Positions 47,481 to 57,757 of a stretch of 64,000 bases of DNA are shown piece by piece. Every line of letters starts with the position of its first letter. Positions within the stretch are counted from its first letter, which is position 1. This DNA is from Candidatus Ruthenibacterium avium (GTDB lineage Bacteria > Bacillota > Clostridia > Oscillospirales > Ruminococcaceae): NCBI GenBank assembly GCA_019118905.1, contig DWYA01000077.1, positions 4,956-68,955 of the forward strand, in the 5' to 3' direction. The notes beneath the pieces were generated by a model. That model worked only from the letters and a program-made list of their open reading frames with translations. It was not told where the DNA came from and did not search any database. A program made the position numbers and the translations under genes.

Positions 47481-48368
47481 ATGAAAGGGATTATTTTGGC
47501 CGGCGGCGCCGGAACAAGACTGTACCCCCTCACGATGGTGACGTCGAAGCAGCTGCTGCCTGTGTATGACAAGCCGATGATCTACTATCCGCTTTCCACG
47601 CTGATGCTGGCGGGGATTCAAGACATCTTGATTATCTCTACTCCGCAGGACACGCCGCGCTTTGAGGATTTGCTGGGTGACGGGAGTCAGTACGGCGTGC
47701 ATTTTTCCTACAAGGTGCAGCCCAGCCCGGACGGCTTGGCACAGGCATTTTTGCTGGGCGAGGAGTTCATTGGGGACGATTGCTGCGCCATGGTTTTGGG
47801 CGACAATATTTTCTACGGCAACGGTTTTTCGCGCATTTTGCGCAATGCGGTAGAAAACGCCGAGCAGCGCGGCCGTGCAACCGTATTCGGCTACTATGTC
47901 AACGACCCCGAGCGCTTCGGCATTGTCGAGTTTGACGCAAGCGGGAAAGTGATCAGCGTGGAGGAGAAGCCGCAAAACCCGAAGTCCAACTACGCCATCA
48001 CCGGCCTGTATTTCTACGACAAGCGCGTGGTGGAATTGGCAAAGCAAGTGAAGCCCTCCGCACGCGGAGAGCTGGAAATTACCACGCTCAACGACCTGTA
48101 TTTGCAGCAGGGCGATTTGGACGTGCAGCTGCTGGGACGCGGTTTTGCATGGCTGGACACCGGCACAATGGACAGCTTGGTAGATGCCGCTGATTTTGTG
48201 CGCATGGTGGAAAAACGCCAGGGCATTAAAATTTCCGCTCCCGAGGAGATTGCCTTCAAAAACGGCTGGATCACCAAAGAAAAATTGCTGGAAAGCGCCG
48301 AGCGCTACGGCAAAAGCCCCTACGGCCAGCACTTGCGCCGTGTGGCAGACGGCAAGCTGCGTTATTGA
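47481..48368 (+). CDS. rfbA: Glucose-1-phosphate thymidylyltransferase
   Basis: [17 protein letters not shown]...[17 protein letters not shown]. Confidence 0.97.
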   Translation: MKGIILAGGAGTRLYPLTMVTSKQLLPVYDKPMIYYPLSTLMLAGIQDILIISTPQDTPRFEDLLGDGSQYGVHFSYKVQPSPDGLAQAFLLGEEFIGDDCCAMVLGDNIFYGNGFSRILRNAVENAEQRGRATVFGYYVNDPERFGIVEFDASGKVISVEEKPQNPKSNYAITGLYFYDKRVVELAKQVKPSARGELEITTLNDLYLQQGDLDVQLLGRGFAWLDTGTMDSLVDAADFVRMVEKRQGIKISAPEEIAFKNGWITKEKLLESAERYGKSPYGQHLRRVADGKLRY

Positions 48369-48451
48369 GTGTTTTGACAAGGAGGGCTGCGCAAATTCCA
48401 GCGCGCCCCCCTTTTCCGTATCAAACACACGAAACCAATAGGAGTGTATCC

Positions 48452-49375
48452 ATGAAAATTTTGATTACCGGAGCGGCGGGACAGCTTGGCACCGAGCTGC
48501 GCCGCCAATTGGAGCAGGGCGCTTGCGCCCTTGGCGAAATTCCTGAAAAGCTGCGCCGTGCAACCGTGCTTTGCACCGATCTTGGCGTGGAAGGGATGCG
48601 CGAGCTGGACATTACCAATCGGCACGAGGTGGCGGCATTTGTGCGCCATCATCAACCCGATGTCATTATCTGCTGTGCGGCATATACCAACGTAGACGGC
48701 TGCGAAACCCACCGTGAGGACGCATTCCGTGTGAACGCGCTTGGCCCGCGCAACTTAGCGCTGGCAGCGGAAGAAATCGGCGCAAAGCTGATTCATGTTT
48801 CTACCGACTATGTGTTCAGCGGTGCCGATAACGGCGGCGTCCCGCTGGACGAAGCGTGCGGCACTTGCCCTGTCAGCGCCTATGGCCAGACCAAGCTGCT
48901 GGGTGAGGAGTATGTGCGTCAGTTCTGCAAACGCTCTTTTGTGGTGCGCACCGCTTGGCTGTACAGCTTGACGGGCAAAAACTTTGTGTTTACCATGATG
49001 AACGCGGGCAAAAAGTTCGGCAAGCTGACCGTTGTCAACGACCAGCTGGGCAACCCCACCAACGCCGAGGATTTGGCATATCACCTTTTGAAAATGGTGG
49101 TCAGCAAAGAGTATGGCGTTTATCACTGCACGGGCGAGGGCATTTGCTCGTGGTATGACTTTGCCGTTGAGATTATGCGCCTGTCGGGCGTTGAGGCCGA
49201 AGTTGCGCCCTGCACCAGCGAGGAATATGCCGCCGCCCATCCCGAGGCTGCACGCCGTCCCGCTTGGAGTGCGCTGGAAAACAGAATGCTCGCTTGCACC
49301 GTCGGCAATGAAATGCGTCCGTGGCGCGAAGCGCTGGAAAGCTTTTTCGAGCAGTGGCGCGCGCGTCAGCAATAA
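48452..49375 (+). CDS. rfbD: dTDP-4-dehydrorhamnose reductase
   Basis: GAAGQLG, AAYTNVDGCE, STDYVF, YGQTK and DQLGNPT motifs. Confidence 0.93.
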   Translation: MKILITGAAGQLGTELRRQLEQGACALGEIPEKLRRATVLCTDLGVEGMRELDITNRHEVAAFVRHHQPDVIICCAAYTNVDGCETHREDAFRVNALGPRNLALAAEEIGAKLIHVSTDYVFSGADNGGVPLDEACGTCPVSAYGQTKLLGEEYVRQFCKRSFVVRTAWLYSLTGKNFVFTMMNAGKKFGKLTVVNDQLGNPTNAEDLAYHLLKMVVSKEYGVYHCTGEGICSWYDFAVEIMRLSGVEAEVAPCTSEEYAAAHPEAARRPAWSALENRMLACTVGNEMRPWREALESFFEQWRARQQ

Positions 49376-49417
49376 AGCGAGCAAGCGAATACGAATGGAA
49401 TAAAGGAGAGTATCCTG

Positions 49418-50479
49418 ATGAAAAAATATTTGATTACCGGCTGCGCCGGCTTTATTGGTTCCAACTTTGTTTACTATATGCTGAAAAAGTATGACGATAT
49501 TTTGCTGGTAAACCTCGATAAGCTCACTTATGCCGGCAACCTGGAAAATCTCAAAGGCGTTGAGGGCGATTCCCGCCACGTCTTTGTGCAGGGCGATATT
49601 TGCGACCGTGCGCTGGTGACAAGCCTGTTTGAGAAGTACGACTTCGACTATGTGATTAACTTTGCGGCGGAAAGCCATGTCGACCGTTCCATCACCAACC
49701 CGGAAATCTTTGTGGAAACCAATGTGCTCGGCACGGTAAACTTGCTGCAATGCACCAAAAATGCGTGGCTGAAAGACGGCGTATGGGCCGAGGGCAAAAA
49801 ATATGTGCAGGTTTCTACTGACGAGGTATATGGCTCGCTGGGCGATGAGGGCTACTTCATGGAGACCACACCGCTGTGTCCGCACAGCCCGTATTCCTCC
49901 TCGAAGGCCAGCGCGGATATGTTTGTCATGGCGTTCCACGACACCTACGGCTTGCCCGTGAACATCACGCGCTGCTCCAACAACTACGGCCCGTATCAGT
50001 TCCCTGAAAAACTGATTCCGCTGATGATCAACAACGTCAAAAACCACAAGAAGCTGCCTGTTTACGGCGACGGCATGAACGTGCGCGACTGGCTGTATGT
50101 GGAAGACCACTGCAAGGCCATTGATATGGTGGCCGAGGGCGGCCGTGACGGCGAAGTGTACAACGTGGGCGGCCACAACGAGCGCCCCAATATCTTCATT
50201 GTCAAAACGATTATTGCACAGCTGCATGACCGTTTGAAGGATGACGGCATCAGCGAAGATTTGATTCAGTACGTTGCCGACCGTTTGGGCCATGACCGCC
50301 GCTATGGCATTGACCCGACCAAGATTAAGGACGAGCTGGGCTGGTATCCCGAAACGACCTTTGAGGTGGGCATTGTCAAAACCATCGACTGGTACTTGGA
50401 AAACCAGGAGTGGATGCAGCGCGTTACCTCCGGCGACTATATGAAGTACTACGAAGAAATGTACAAAAATAAAGCGTAA
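49418..50479 (+). CDS. rfbB: dTDP-glucose 4,6-dehydratase
   Basis: GCAGFIGSN, AAESHVDRS, STDEVYG, YSSSKAS and RCSNNYGP motifs. Confidence 0.96.
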   Translation: MKKYLITGCAGFIGSNFVYYMLKKYDDILLVNLDKLTYAGNLENLKGVEGDSRHVFVQGDICDRALVTSLFEKYDFDYVINFAAESHVDRSITNPEIFVETNVLGTVNLLQCTKNAWLKDGVWAEGKKYVQVSTDEVYGSLGDEGYFMETTPLCPHSPYSSSKASADMFVMAFHDTYGLPVNITRCSNNYGPYQFPEKLIPLMINNVKNHKKLPVYGDGMNVRDWLYVEDHCKAIDMVAEGGRDGEVYNVGGHNERPNIFIVKTIIAQLHDRLKDDGISEDLIQYVADRLGHDRRYGIDPTKIKDELGWYPETTFEVGIVKTIDWYLENQEWMQRVTSGDYMKYYEEMYKNKA

Positions 50480-50487
50480 GGCAAAAG

Positions 50488-50525
50488 AACAGCCGCCCTG
50501 TGCATGATGCACAGGGCGGCTGTTC
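50488..50525. terminator. Terminator hairpin after rfbB
   Basis: aacagccgccctgtgca/tgcacagggcggctgtt. Confidence 0.75.
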
Positions 50526-50686
50526 CAGTTTGTCGAAAAAGCTTTGCTTTTTCACAAACTGTGTCCCTATTTCAAATGGAAAAGAGGGCTAGCCCCCTTT
50601 TCCAAGCCTTTTTCCCCTTGCAGCTCAGGTTCTTTCTGAATCAGGCCGCAATTTTTCGAGAGTCTGCTTTTATAAGTTGCTGGGTT

Positions 50687-51877
50687 TTAAAGCATAGAAA
50701 TCACGCTGTACGCAAACGCGGCAATGACCGCGATGCGGTGAACCCATGGCTTTTGCAAAAAAGCAAAGGGGAACAGGTTTAAAACAATAATCGTGAGTGC
50801 AACGGGGTAAATCAGCGTCAGGATGGGCACGGAAATTTGAAGAATAAAGCCCAGCCCGAACACGGAAATCACGCACCCGGAAACGGTGAATACATTCAGC
50901 CATGCGGCAAAGGACAGGCGAGGAAATTCTTTGCTGAAAAACGAAGCGCAGCTGCTCAAAAGCCCGGTGCATACGTTAAAGCACGCCACAAGGAAAATGA
51001 CGGCCAGCAACACCGCACCCGCATTGCCGAAGAACAGGCGGCACAGCTCGGAAAGCACCACAGAACCATCGGACGCTTCGGGCAAAACAGCACTTGCGCG
51101 TGCGCCCACAATGGCCAGCATTCCGTATACAATGGTCAGCACTACACCCGCCAGCAAGCCGCTGATAGAAGTTTCTACGCGCAGCTGTTTGGCATCCTCC
51201 AAGCCAAAGTCCTGAATGTTTACGGCAATCAAAATGCCGAATACCATCGCCGCCAGCGCGTCCATGGTGTTGTAGCCCTCCACAAACCCGGCGGCAAACG
51301 GTGCGCCTGCATACGGTGGGCGGGCAGCGCCTGCTTCGGCAGGAAGAAGGAACATTCCGCCCGCGAACAGAACAACGACCAGCACCAGCAAAAGCGGCGT
51401 TAAAATTTTGCCTAAAATGTCTTTTAAGTGGGAGGGCCGCTTGGCAAAAAAGCGCGAGGCGGCAAAGAATATCACCGAGAACACAACCGCCAAAACCTGC
51501 TCTAACGTAAAAGGCCCGATAGAAACCGAGGCCGCAGAGGCAGCGGCAAAGCGCATCATGGAAAAGGCCATGCTCGCCGTGCGCGGAATCGCCAGCATCG
51601 GCCCGATACACAGGTAAATCATGAGGATAAACCACTTGGAAAACTGTGGGTGAACCTTGCTGCAAAGCCCGTCCATGCCGCCCGCCCGCGCCGTGGCAAC
51701 AATGCCCAAAACCGGGAACAAAACGGCGGTGGAAATCAGCCCCAAAAAGGCGGGTACGGCATCTGCCCCGGCACAGTAACCTGTAAACGGCGGGAAAATT
51801 AAGTTTCCCGCGCCGAAGAACATGGAAAATAGGGTAACTCCCATCAAAAGACGCTGACGAAAAGACAGGCGCTTCAT
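50687..51877 (-). CDS. brnQ: Branched-chain amino acid:cation symporter (LIVCS)
   Basis: LFSMFFGAGNLIFPP, GP..AIPRTA and GYNTMDALAA.VFG motifs. Confidence 0.92.
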   Translation of the reverse strand: MKRLSFRQRLLMGVTLFSMFFGAGNLIFPPFTGYCAGADAVPAFLGLISTAVLFPVLGIVATARAGGMDGLCSKVHPQFSKWFILMIYLCIGPMLAIPRTASMAFSMMRFAAASAASVSIGPFTLEQVLAVVFSVIFFAASRFFAKRPSHLKDILGKILTPLLLVLVVVLFAGGMFLLPAEAGAARPPYAGAPFAAGFVEGYNTMDALAAMVFGILIAVNIQDFGLEDAKQLRVETSISGLLAGVVLTIVYGMLAIVGARASAVLPEASDGSVVLSELCRLFFGNAGAVLLAVIFLVACFNVCTGLLSSCASFFSKEFPRLSFAAWLNVFTVSGCVISVFGLGFILQISVPILTLIYPVALTIIVLNLFPFAFLQKPWVHRIAVIAAFAYSVISML

Positions 51878-52449
51878 GCGTTTGCTTCCTCCTGTTTCTG
51901 AGCCGCCAAGTATTGCGCGGGGCCGTCCTCATACAGATTGTGTCCCTCGCTGTCAATGATGACGGTTAAAGGCATGTTTTCGACAGTCAACCGGCGCACG
52001 GCTTCACTGCCAAGGTCATCATAGCAAACGACTTCCGCCTGTTTGACGCACGACGCCATGACCGCGCCGGCACCGCCGATGGCGGCAAAGTAAACGGCCC
52101 CGCACTCTTTCATTGCTTCGACGACTTGGGCGCTGCGCGCACCCTTGCCAATCATGCCGATGACCCCTTGGCGCATCAGCGTGGGAGCATAAGCATCCAT
52201 GCGTCCGCTGGTGGTCGGCCCGCACGAGCCAATGACCTCTCCGGGGCGTGCCGGGGTAGGGCCTGCATAGTAGATGACGGCATTTTGCAAGTTCAGCGGA
52301 AGTGTTTCGCCGCGCTCCAGCGCTTCACAAAGACGCTTATGGGCAGCGTCGCGCGCGGTATAAATAGTGCCGGAAAGCAAAACGGTATCGCCGCTTTTCA
52401 ATTGCTGGGCTTGTGCGCTTGTCAGCGGTGTTGTCAAATGGTGTTGCAT
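51874..52449 (-). CDS. Class I fumarate hydratase/tartrate dehydratase, beta subunit
   Basis: LSGTIYTARDAAHKR, YAGPTP and GPTTSGRMD motifs. Confidence 0.92.
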   Translation of the reverse strand: MQHHLTTPLTSAQAQQLKSGDTVLLSGTIYTARDAAHKRLCEALERGETLPLNLQNAVIYYAGPTPARPGEVIGSCGPTTSGRMDAYAPTLMRQGVIGMIGKGARSAQVVEAMKECGAVYFAAIGGAGAVMASCVKQAEVVCYDDLGSEAVRRLTVENMPLTVIIDSEGHNLYEDGPAQYLAAQKQEEANA

Positions 52450-53288
52450 TATAAAACAGCCTCCTTGTGGCGCGTGACGTGGCAGCTGATATTGACCGCC
52501 ACGGGCATTCCCGCAATATGGGTGGGATAAGTTTCAATTTGCAGCCCCAGCGCCGTGGTTTTTCCGCCAAAGCCCTGTGCGCCGATGCCCAAAGCGTTGA
52601 TGCGTGTCAAAAGGGTTTGCTCCATTTCGGCATAATAGGGGTCGGGATGGTGTGTGTCCACGCCGCGCAGAAGTGCCCGTTTGGCCAGCATGGCGCACAG
52701 CTCAAAGGTGCCGCCAATGCCAACGCCTACCACAATCGGCGGGCAGGGGTTCGGCCCGGCGAGGCGCACGGTTTCAACAATAAAATCCATCACGCCCTCT
52801 TTGCCCTGTGCCGGTTTCAGCATGGCGATGCGGCTCATGTTTTCGCTGCCGAAGCCCTTGGGGGCAACGGTCAGGCGTACACGGTCGCCGGGCACAAGGC
52901 GTGTGTGAATGACAGCGGGCGTGTTGTCGCCTGTATTGCCGCGCCGGATGGGGTCAGCGACAACCGATTTGCGCAAAAATCCCTCGGTGTAGCCCTTCGC
53001 CACGCCGTCATGGACAGCCTGTTCAAAACTGCCCTCGATGAATACTTCTTGACCGATGTCCGCAAACACCACCGCCATGCCTGTATCTTGGCAAATGGGA
53101 AGGCCGGTTTCTTTGGCCACATCTAAGTTTTGGCAAATGGTGTCCAGCGCGGCTTTTGCCACCGGCCACGGCTCGGCGGCTCGGGCGTTCGTCAGCGCAT
53201 TTGTCATGTCGGGCGAAAGCGTGCGGTTCGCCTCAATGCACAGGCGCGCGATGGTATCGGTAATTTCGCGTGCGGTAATCGTTCTCAC
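52449..53288 (-). CDS. Class I fumarate hydratase/tartrate dehydratase, alpha subunit
   Basis: PICQDTG, KGFGSEN, NPCPP, THIAGMPVAVNISCH motifs. Confidence 0.92.
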   Translation of the reverse strand: MRTITAREITDTIARLCIEANRTLSPDMTNALTNARAAEPWPVAKAALDTICQNLDVAKETGLPICQDTGMAVVFADIGQEVFIEGSFEQAVHDGVAKGYTEGFLRKSVVADPIRRGNTGDNTPAVIHTRLVPGDRVRLTVAPKGFGSENMSRIAMLKPAQGKEGVMDFIVETVRLAGPNPCPPIVVGVGIGGTFELCAMLAKRALLRGVDTHHPDPYYAEMEQTLLTRINALGIGAQGFGGKTTALGLQIETYPTHIAGMPVAVNISCHVTRHKEAVL

Positions 53289-54460
53289 AGGCGCGCCACC
53301 CCCGTTTTCTGCGCCGCAGCTGCCACGGCATCAGCCACGGCATTTGCCACGCGCTCATCAAAAGCGCCGGGAATGATATAATCTTCGTTGCGTTCTTCGT
53401 CCGAAACTAAGTCGGCAATGGCGTAGGCCGCCGCTACTTTCATTTCGGTGTTGATGTCGCGGGCACGCACGCGCAAAGCCCCTTTAAACACGCCGGGGAA
53501 CGCCAGCACATTATTGATTTGGTTGGCAAAATCGCTGCGTCCTGTTCCCACGACACGCGCACCGGCAGCTTTGGCTTCATCGGGCGTAATTTCCGGCACG
53601 GGGTTTGCCATGGCAAAAATAATGGCATCCTTCGCCATTGTGCGCACCATGTCGGGGGTTAATGCGCCGCCCACGGAAACACCGATAAATACGTCGGCGC
53701 CTTTTACGGCATCCGCCAGCGTGCCGGTGAGGTGATCGGGGTTGGTGATGGTGCAAAGCATGGCTTTGTGGTCGGCAATGCCCACGCCGCGCTCGGCATA
53801 CAGAATGCCGTTTTCATCACAGGCGATGATGTGCTGCACGCCCGCGCTGCGCAGCATTTTAATAATTGCGGTTCCGGCTGCGCCCGGCCCGTTGAGTACA
53901 ACGCGAATATCGGAAAGCTCTTTTTTCACCACGCGCAGCGCACCCAGCAAAGCGGCCGTAACCACAATGGCGGTTCCGTGCTGGTCATCGTGGAATACGG
54001 GGATGTCCAGCTCGCGCTCCAGCTGCTCCTCGATGGCAAAGCAGGCCGGGGAAGCAATGTCCTCCAGGTTGATGCCGCCGAATACGGGGGCAATCAGCTT
54101 GACGGTGCGGATGATTTCCTCCGGGTCTTGCGTGTCCAAGCAGATGGGGAACGCATCCACGCCGCCGAACTCTTTCAACAAAATGGCCTTGCCCTCCATG
54201 ACGGGCTGAGAGGCCGCCGCGCCAATATTGCCAAGGCCCAAAACAGCCGTTCCGTTGGAAACAACGGCCACCATATTGCCTTTGCAGGTGTATTCATAGG
54301 CGGCGGCTGGGTTTTGCGCAATCTCGCGGCAGGGCTGTGCCACGCCGGGGGTGTACGCGGTGGAAAGGTCGTCGCGTGTTTTTACCGGCACTTTGCTGGT
54401 GACTTCCAGCTTGCCGTGATGCTTTGCGTGAAGATGTAATGCCTCTTTGTAGTAATCCAT
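53285..54460 (-). CDS. NAD(P)-dependent malic enzyme
   Basis: LSTAYTPGVA, GLGNIG, FGGINLEDI, FHDDQHGTA and NQINNVLAFPG motifs. Confidence 0.94.
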   Translation of the reverse strand: MDYYKEALHLHAKHHGKLEVTSKVPVKTRDDLSTAYTPGVAQPCREIAQNPAAAYEYTCKGNMVAVVSNGTAVLGLGNIGAAASQPVMEGKAILLKEFGGVDAFPICLDTQDPEEIIRTVKLIAPVFGGINLEDIASPACFAIEEQLERELDIPVFHDDQHGTAIVVTAALLGALRVVKKELSDIRVVLNGPGAAGTAIIKMLRSAGVQHIIACDENGILYAERGVGIADHKAMLCTITNPDHLTGTLADAVKGADVFIGVSVGGALTPDMVRTMAKDAIIFAMANPVPEITPDEAKAAGARVVGTGRSDFANQINNVLAFPGVFKGALRVRARDINTEMKVAAAYAIADLVSDEERNEDYIIPGAFDERVANAVADAVAAAAQKTGVARL

Positions 54461-54765
54461 TGGTCCATTCCTGCCTTTTTGTGCGCCCTGCCCGGCTGGG
54501 GGCTTTCTGAAAAGTCGAAATTTTCAGCTTTTTCTGCATGAACCGGTGTCTGCTGTGTTAAAAATGCTCGCAATCCACAAAGGATTTCTGCGCTTTTTGC
54601 CTTGCAGCCGTCGGGCTTATGCGAAAAATCTGTGCATTTCCTTGTTTTCAGAAATGCCCTAAAAAACCGGGCGAAAAGGGCGGTATTTTCACATGCTTGT
54701 GCAGTGCGCACAACGCCTTTTCATTAACAGTATAAAAGAAAATTTTTGCATTTTAAAGAGTGAAA

Positions 54766-54794
54766 TTGAATTTTTAGGGAAAATATGATATAAT
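54766..54794 (+). promoter_or_regulatory. SigA promoter for the foldase gene
   Basis: TTGAAT, 17 bp, TATAAT. Confidence 0.65.
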
Positions 54795-54896
54795 GCAATG
54801 GTTATGCGGCTTGCGCCGCGCCTGTTTAAGGGAAAACGAACCAATTTTTTAAAAACGCGCCTTCTGCCCGGGGCAGGAAGCGCCATGGAGGATACG

Positions 54897-56015
54897 ATGA
54901 AAAAAACGATTGCTTTTTTGGCCGCTCTCGTCATGATGGCGTCCGCATTGGCGGGCTGTGCAGGTACAGCAGCCTCCGGCTCTGCTTCCGGTTCTGCTTC
55001 GGCTTCCACCTCGGCATCTGCTTCGGCTTCTGAGGCGGCTCACGAGCCCGGCCTGTTTGTGGACGGCACAAAAGTGGAAAACACCGACCCCATTATGACC
55101 ATCGACGGCGAGGATGTCAGCCTGGACACCTACCGTTTTTACTATCTGCGCACGCTGGCTATGATGGGCGGTGCGGAAAGCGTGATTGCAATGGCCGGCG
55201 ATCAAACCGAGGAGCTGTATACCAACCTGCGCGATTCTGCCGCTCACAGCCTGAAGCTGGCGAAAGTTTACCGTGATTTTGCGGCGGAAAAGGGCGTAAC
55301 GGTGAGCGAGGATTTGCTCAAAGAGCTGGATAACAGCATTGCACAAGCCAAGGAGTCTTTGGGCGAGGAGGAATTCCAAAAGAGCCTGGAAGCCCAGTAC
55401 TTCAGCACGGAGGAGGAGTACCGCTCCTTTATGCAGGATATTCTCTTGCAGCAGCAGGTGCTCATTGACGTGTACGGCGATGAAATTTTGAACAACGTGA
55501 AAGAGAACTATGTGCATGTGCAGCACATTTTGATTCCGTTTGAAACGGAGGAAGCTTCCTCGGAGAGCACTTCTGCAAGCACGTCCGCAAGTGCGTCCGG
55601 CTCGGAGAGCACCGCCTCTGACGACCACAGCGCCGAGCTTGCAACCGCTCAGGAAGTGCTGGAAAAAGCGAAAAACGGCGATGATTTTGCCACATTGATG
55701 GCTGAATACAGCCAAGACCCCGGCCAGCCGGAGCAGGGCTATACCTTTACCAAAGGCTATATGGTGCAGGAGTTTGAAGATGCTTCCTATGCGCTGAAAG
55801 AGGGCGAAATCAGCGACATTGTGGAAACCGATTATGGTTACCACATCATCAAGCGTTTGCCGATTGACGAGGCCAACATCAAAGAGAATTTGCTGCAATA
55901 CGTTGACAGCAATATGGACACCATTCTGTCCACCGACTTGCAGCCTCTGATGGACAAGGTGAAGGTGGAGTACGGCGAGTACTACGATAAGATTGCTCCC
56001 GATACCCTTTATTAA
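54897..56015 (+). CDS. PrsA-like parvulin peptidyl-prolyl isomerase lipoprotein
   Basis: Lipobox LAGC; HVQHILI, YSQDPG, MVQEFE and [10 protein letters not shown] motifs; ATG 54897 follows a GGAGG RBS. Confidence 0.88.
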   Translation: MKKTIAFLAALVMMASALAGCAGTAASGSASGSASASTSASASASEAAHEPGLFVDGTKVENTDPIMTIDGEDVSLDTYRFYYLRTLAMMGGAESVIAMAGDQTEELYTNLRDSAAHSLKLAKVYRDFAAEKGVTVSEDLLKELDNSIAQAKESLGEEEFQKSLEAQYFSTEEEYRSFMQDILLQQQVLIDVYGDEILNNVKENYVHVQHILIPFETEEASSESTSASTSASASGSESTASDDHSAELATAQEVLEKAKNGDDFATLMAEYSQDPGQPEQGYTFTKGYMVQEFEDASYALKEGEISDIVETDYGYHIIKRLPIDEANIKENLLQYVDSNMDTILSTDLQPLMDKVKVEYGEYYDKIAPDTLY

Positions 56016-56205
56016 GTAAAAAGCAACGACTGCCGCTTGGTTTGCATGGTGCAAGCCGGGCGGCTGTTTTCTTTTGGATAAAAGAAACGGACGTTTCTGC
56101 AAAAAAGTGTGCGTTTTGTCAATGTACTTTTTCGGTGGTTTGTGCCATTATAAAAGGTAAATAACGCCGTCGAAGGCACGGCGCTGCCCTGTTGCAGAGA
56201 GGAGA

Positions 56206-57666
56206 ATGACCGAAATGAACAAGCGCCCGAATATTCTTTTGCTGATGGTGGACGAAATGCGCGGTGACTGCACCGGATATGCCGGGCATCCCGATGTAAA
56301 AACGCCCTACCTGGATTCTTTAGCCTCGCAGGGAATTGTGTTTCCCAATGCATATTCCTCTTGCCCCACTTGTGTGCCCGCCCGCGCGATTCTTCACACG
56401 GGTTTAAGCCAACGTCACACGGGAAAGGTGGGCTATCAAGACCGTGTCGATTGGAACTATGGCTGCACCATGGCCGGAGAACTGGCCAAAGCGGGCTATT
56501 ACACCGAATGTGTCGGAAAAATGCATGTGCATCCTTTGCGCAATTATTTGGGCTTTCACCATGTAGAGCTGCACGACGGTTATCTGCATGAGTATCGTTA
56601 TCCCAACGTGCCTTATTCCGAAAACCAGCTCGTCGCCGACGACTATTTCTACTGGCTGAAAAACGAAAAGGGCATTGAGTGTGACGTGACGGATACCGGC
56701 ATGGACTGCAACGGTTGGACGGCACGCCCGTGGCCGTATGAGGAAAAATATCATCCCACCAACTGGGTGGCATCCCGCACCATCGACTTTTTGCGCCGCC
56801 GCGACCCGCGTCAGCCGTTTTTCCTGATGGCCAGCTTTGTGCGTCCTCATGCGCCTTACGATGCACCTCAGCATTATTTTGATTTGTATGAAAACAAAAA
56901 CCTGCGTCCTCCTGTGCGCGGCGATTGGAACAACGAAGCGCTTTTGCAGGAAAAGGGCCGCATCTTTAACTCCTGCACCGGCCCGTCGGACCCCGAGCTG
57001 ATTCGTCAGCAGCAGGTGGGTTACTATGCTTGCATTACGCATATTGACCACCAAATCGGACGCATGATTCAGGCTTTGATTGAGCATCAGCTCATGGATG
57101 ATACCGTTATCCTGTTTACGTCCGACCACGGCGAGATGCTTTCCGACCACGGCTTCTGCCGCAAGTCTTTGCCGTACCGCGGCAGCGCGCATATTCCCAT
57201 GTTTTTGTCGGGCAGTGAAAAATACCTCGGCAAAGTCGGCGTAACGGATGATTCTCTGGTAGAACTGCGCGACGTGATGCCTACCTTGCTCGACTTGGCG
57301 GGCGCACCCATCCCGAAACATTTGGACGGTGAAAGTATGCTGCGTGGCGTAAAACGCACCTATCTGCACGGCGAGCACGCATTCTTCTTCCACAACTATT
57401 CCAGCCAGTTTATTGTCACAAAGCACGATAAATTCATTTGGTTCAATCAACGTGCTGAGTATCAATATTTCGATCTCGACAAAGACCCGTATGAAACCCA
57501 TAACGCCATCAACGATCCGCAGTATGCCGAGCGCATTGAGGAGCTGCGCCGTCTGTTGGCAAAAGAGCTCAAAGACTCCGAAGAAGGTTATTCCGACGGG
57601 GAACACCTCATTGAAGGACGCACCCCGCAAAACTGCCTGTCGAATGTAGAGCTTCCCAACTGTTAA
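56206..57666 (+). CDS. Cys-type (formylglycine) sulfatase, cytoplasmic
   Basis: PNILLLMVDEMR, CVPAR (CxPxR), GKMH, PHAP.D and FTSDHGE motifs; no signal peptide. Confidence 0.92.
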   Translation: MTEMNKRPNILLLMVDEMRGDCTGYAGHPDVKTPYLDSLASQGIVFPNAYSSCPTCVPARAILHTGLSQRHTGKVGYQDRVDWNYGCTMAGELAKAGYYTECVGKMHVHPLRNYLGFHHVELHDGYLHEYRYPNVPYSENQLVADDYFYWLKNEKGIECDVTDTGMDCNGWTARPWPYEEKYHPTNWVASRTIDFLRRRDPRQPFFLMASFVRPHAPYDAPQHYFDLYENKNLRPPVRGDWNNEALLQEKGRIFNSCTGPSDPELIRQQQVGYYACITHIDHQIGRMIQALIEHQLMDDTVILFTSDHGEMLSDHGFCRKSLPYRGSAHIPMFLSGSEKYLGKVGVTDDSLVELRDVMPTLLDLAGAPIPKHLDGESMLRGVKRTYLHGEHAFFFHNYSSQFIVTKHDKFIWFNQRAEYQYFDLDKDPYETHNAINDPQYAERIEELRRLLAKELKDSEEGYSDGEHLIEGRTPQNCLSNVELPNC

Positions 57667-57757
57667 ACAAAATTGTCCTTTCGGGTAAAAATGCCGCCCC
57701 TTTTTCTGTCCGTAAAAAGACAGAGAGGGGGCGGCTTTTTGCTGCGAAAAAGGATAT

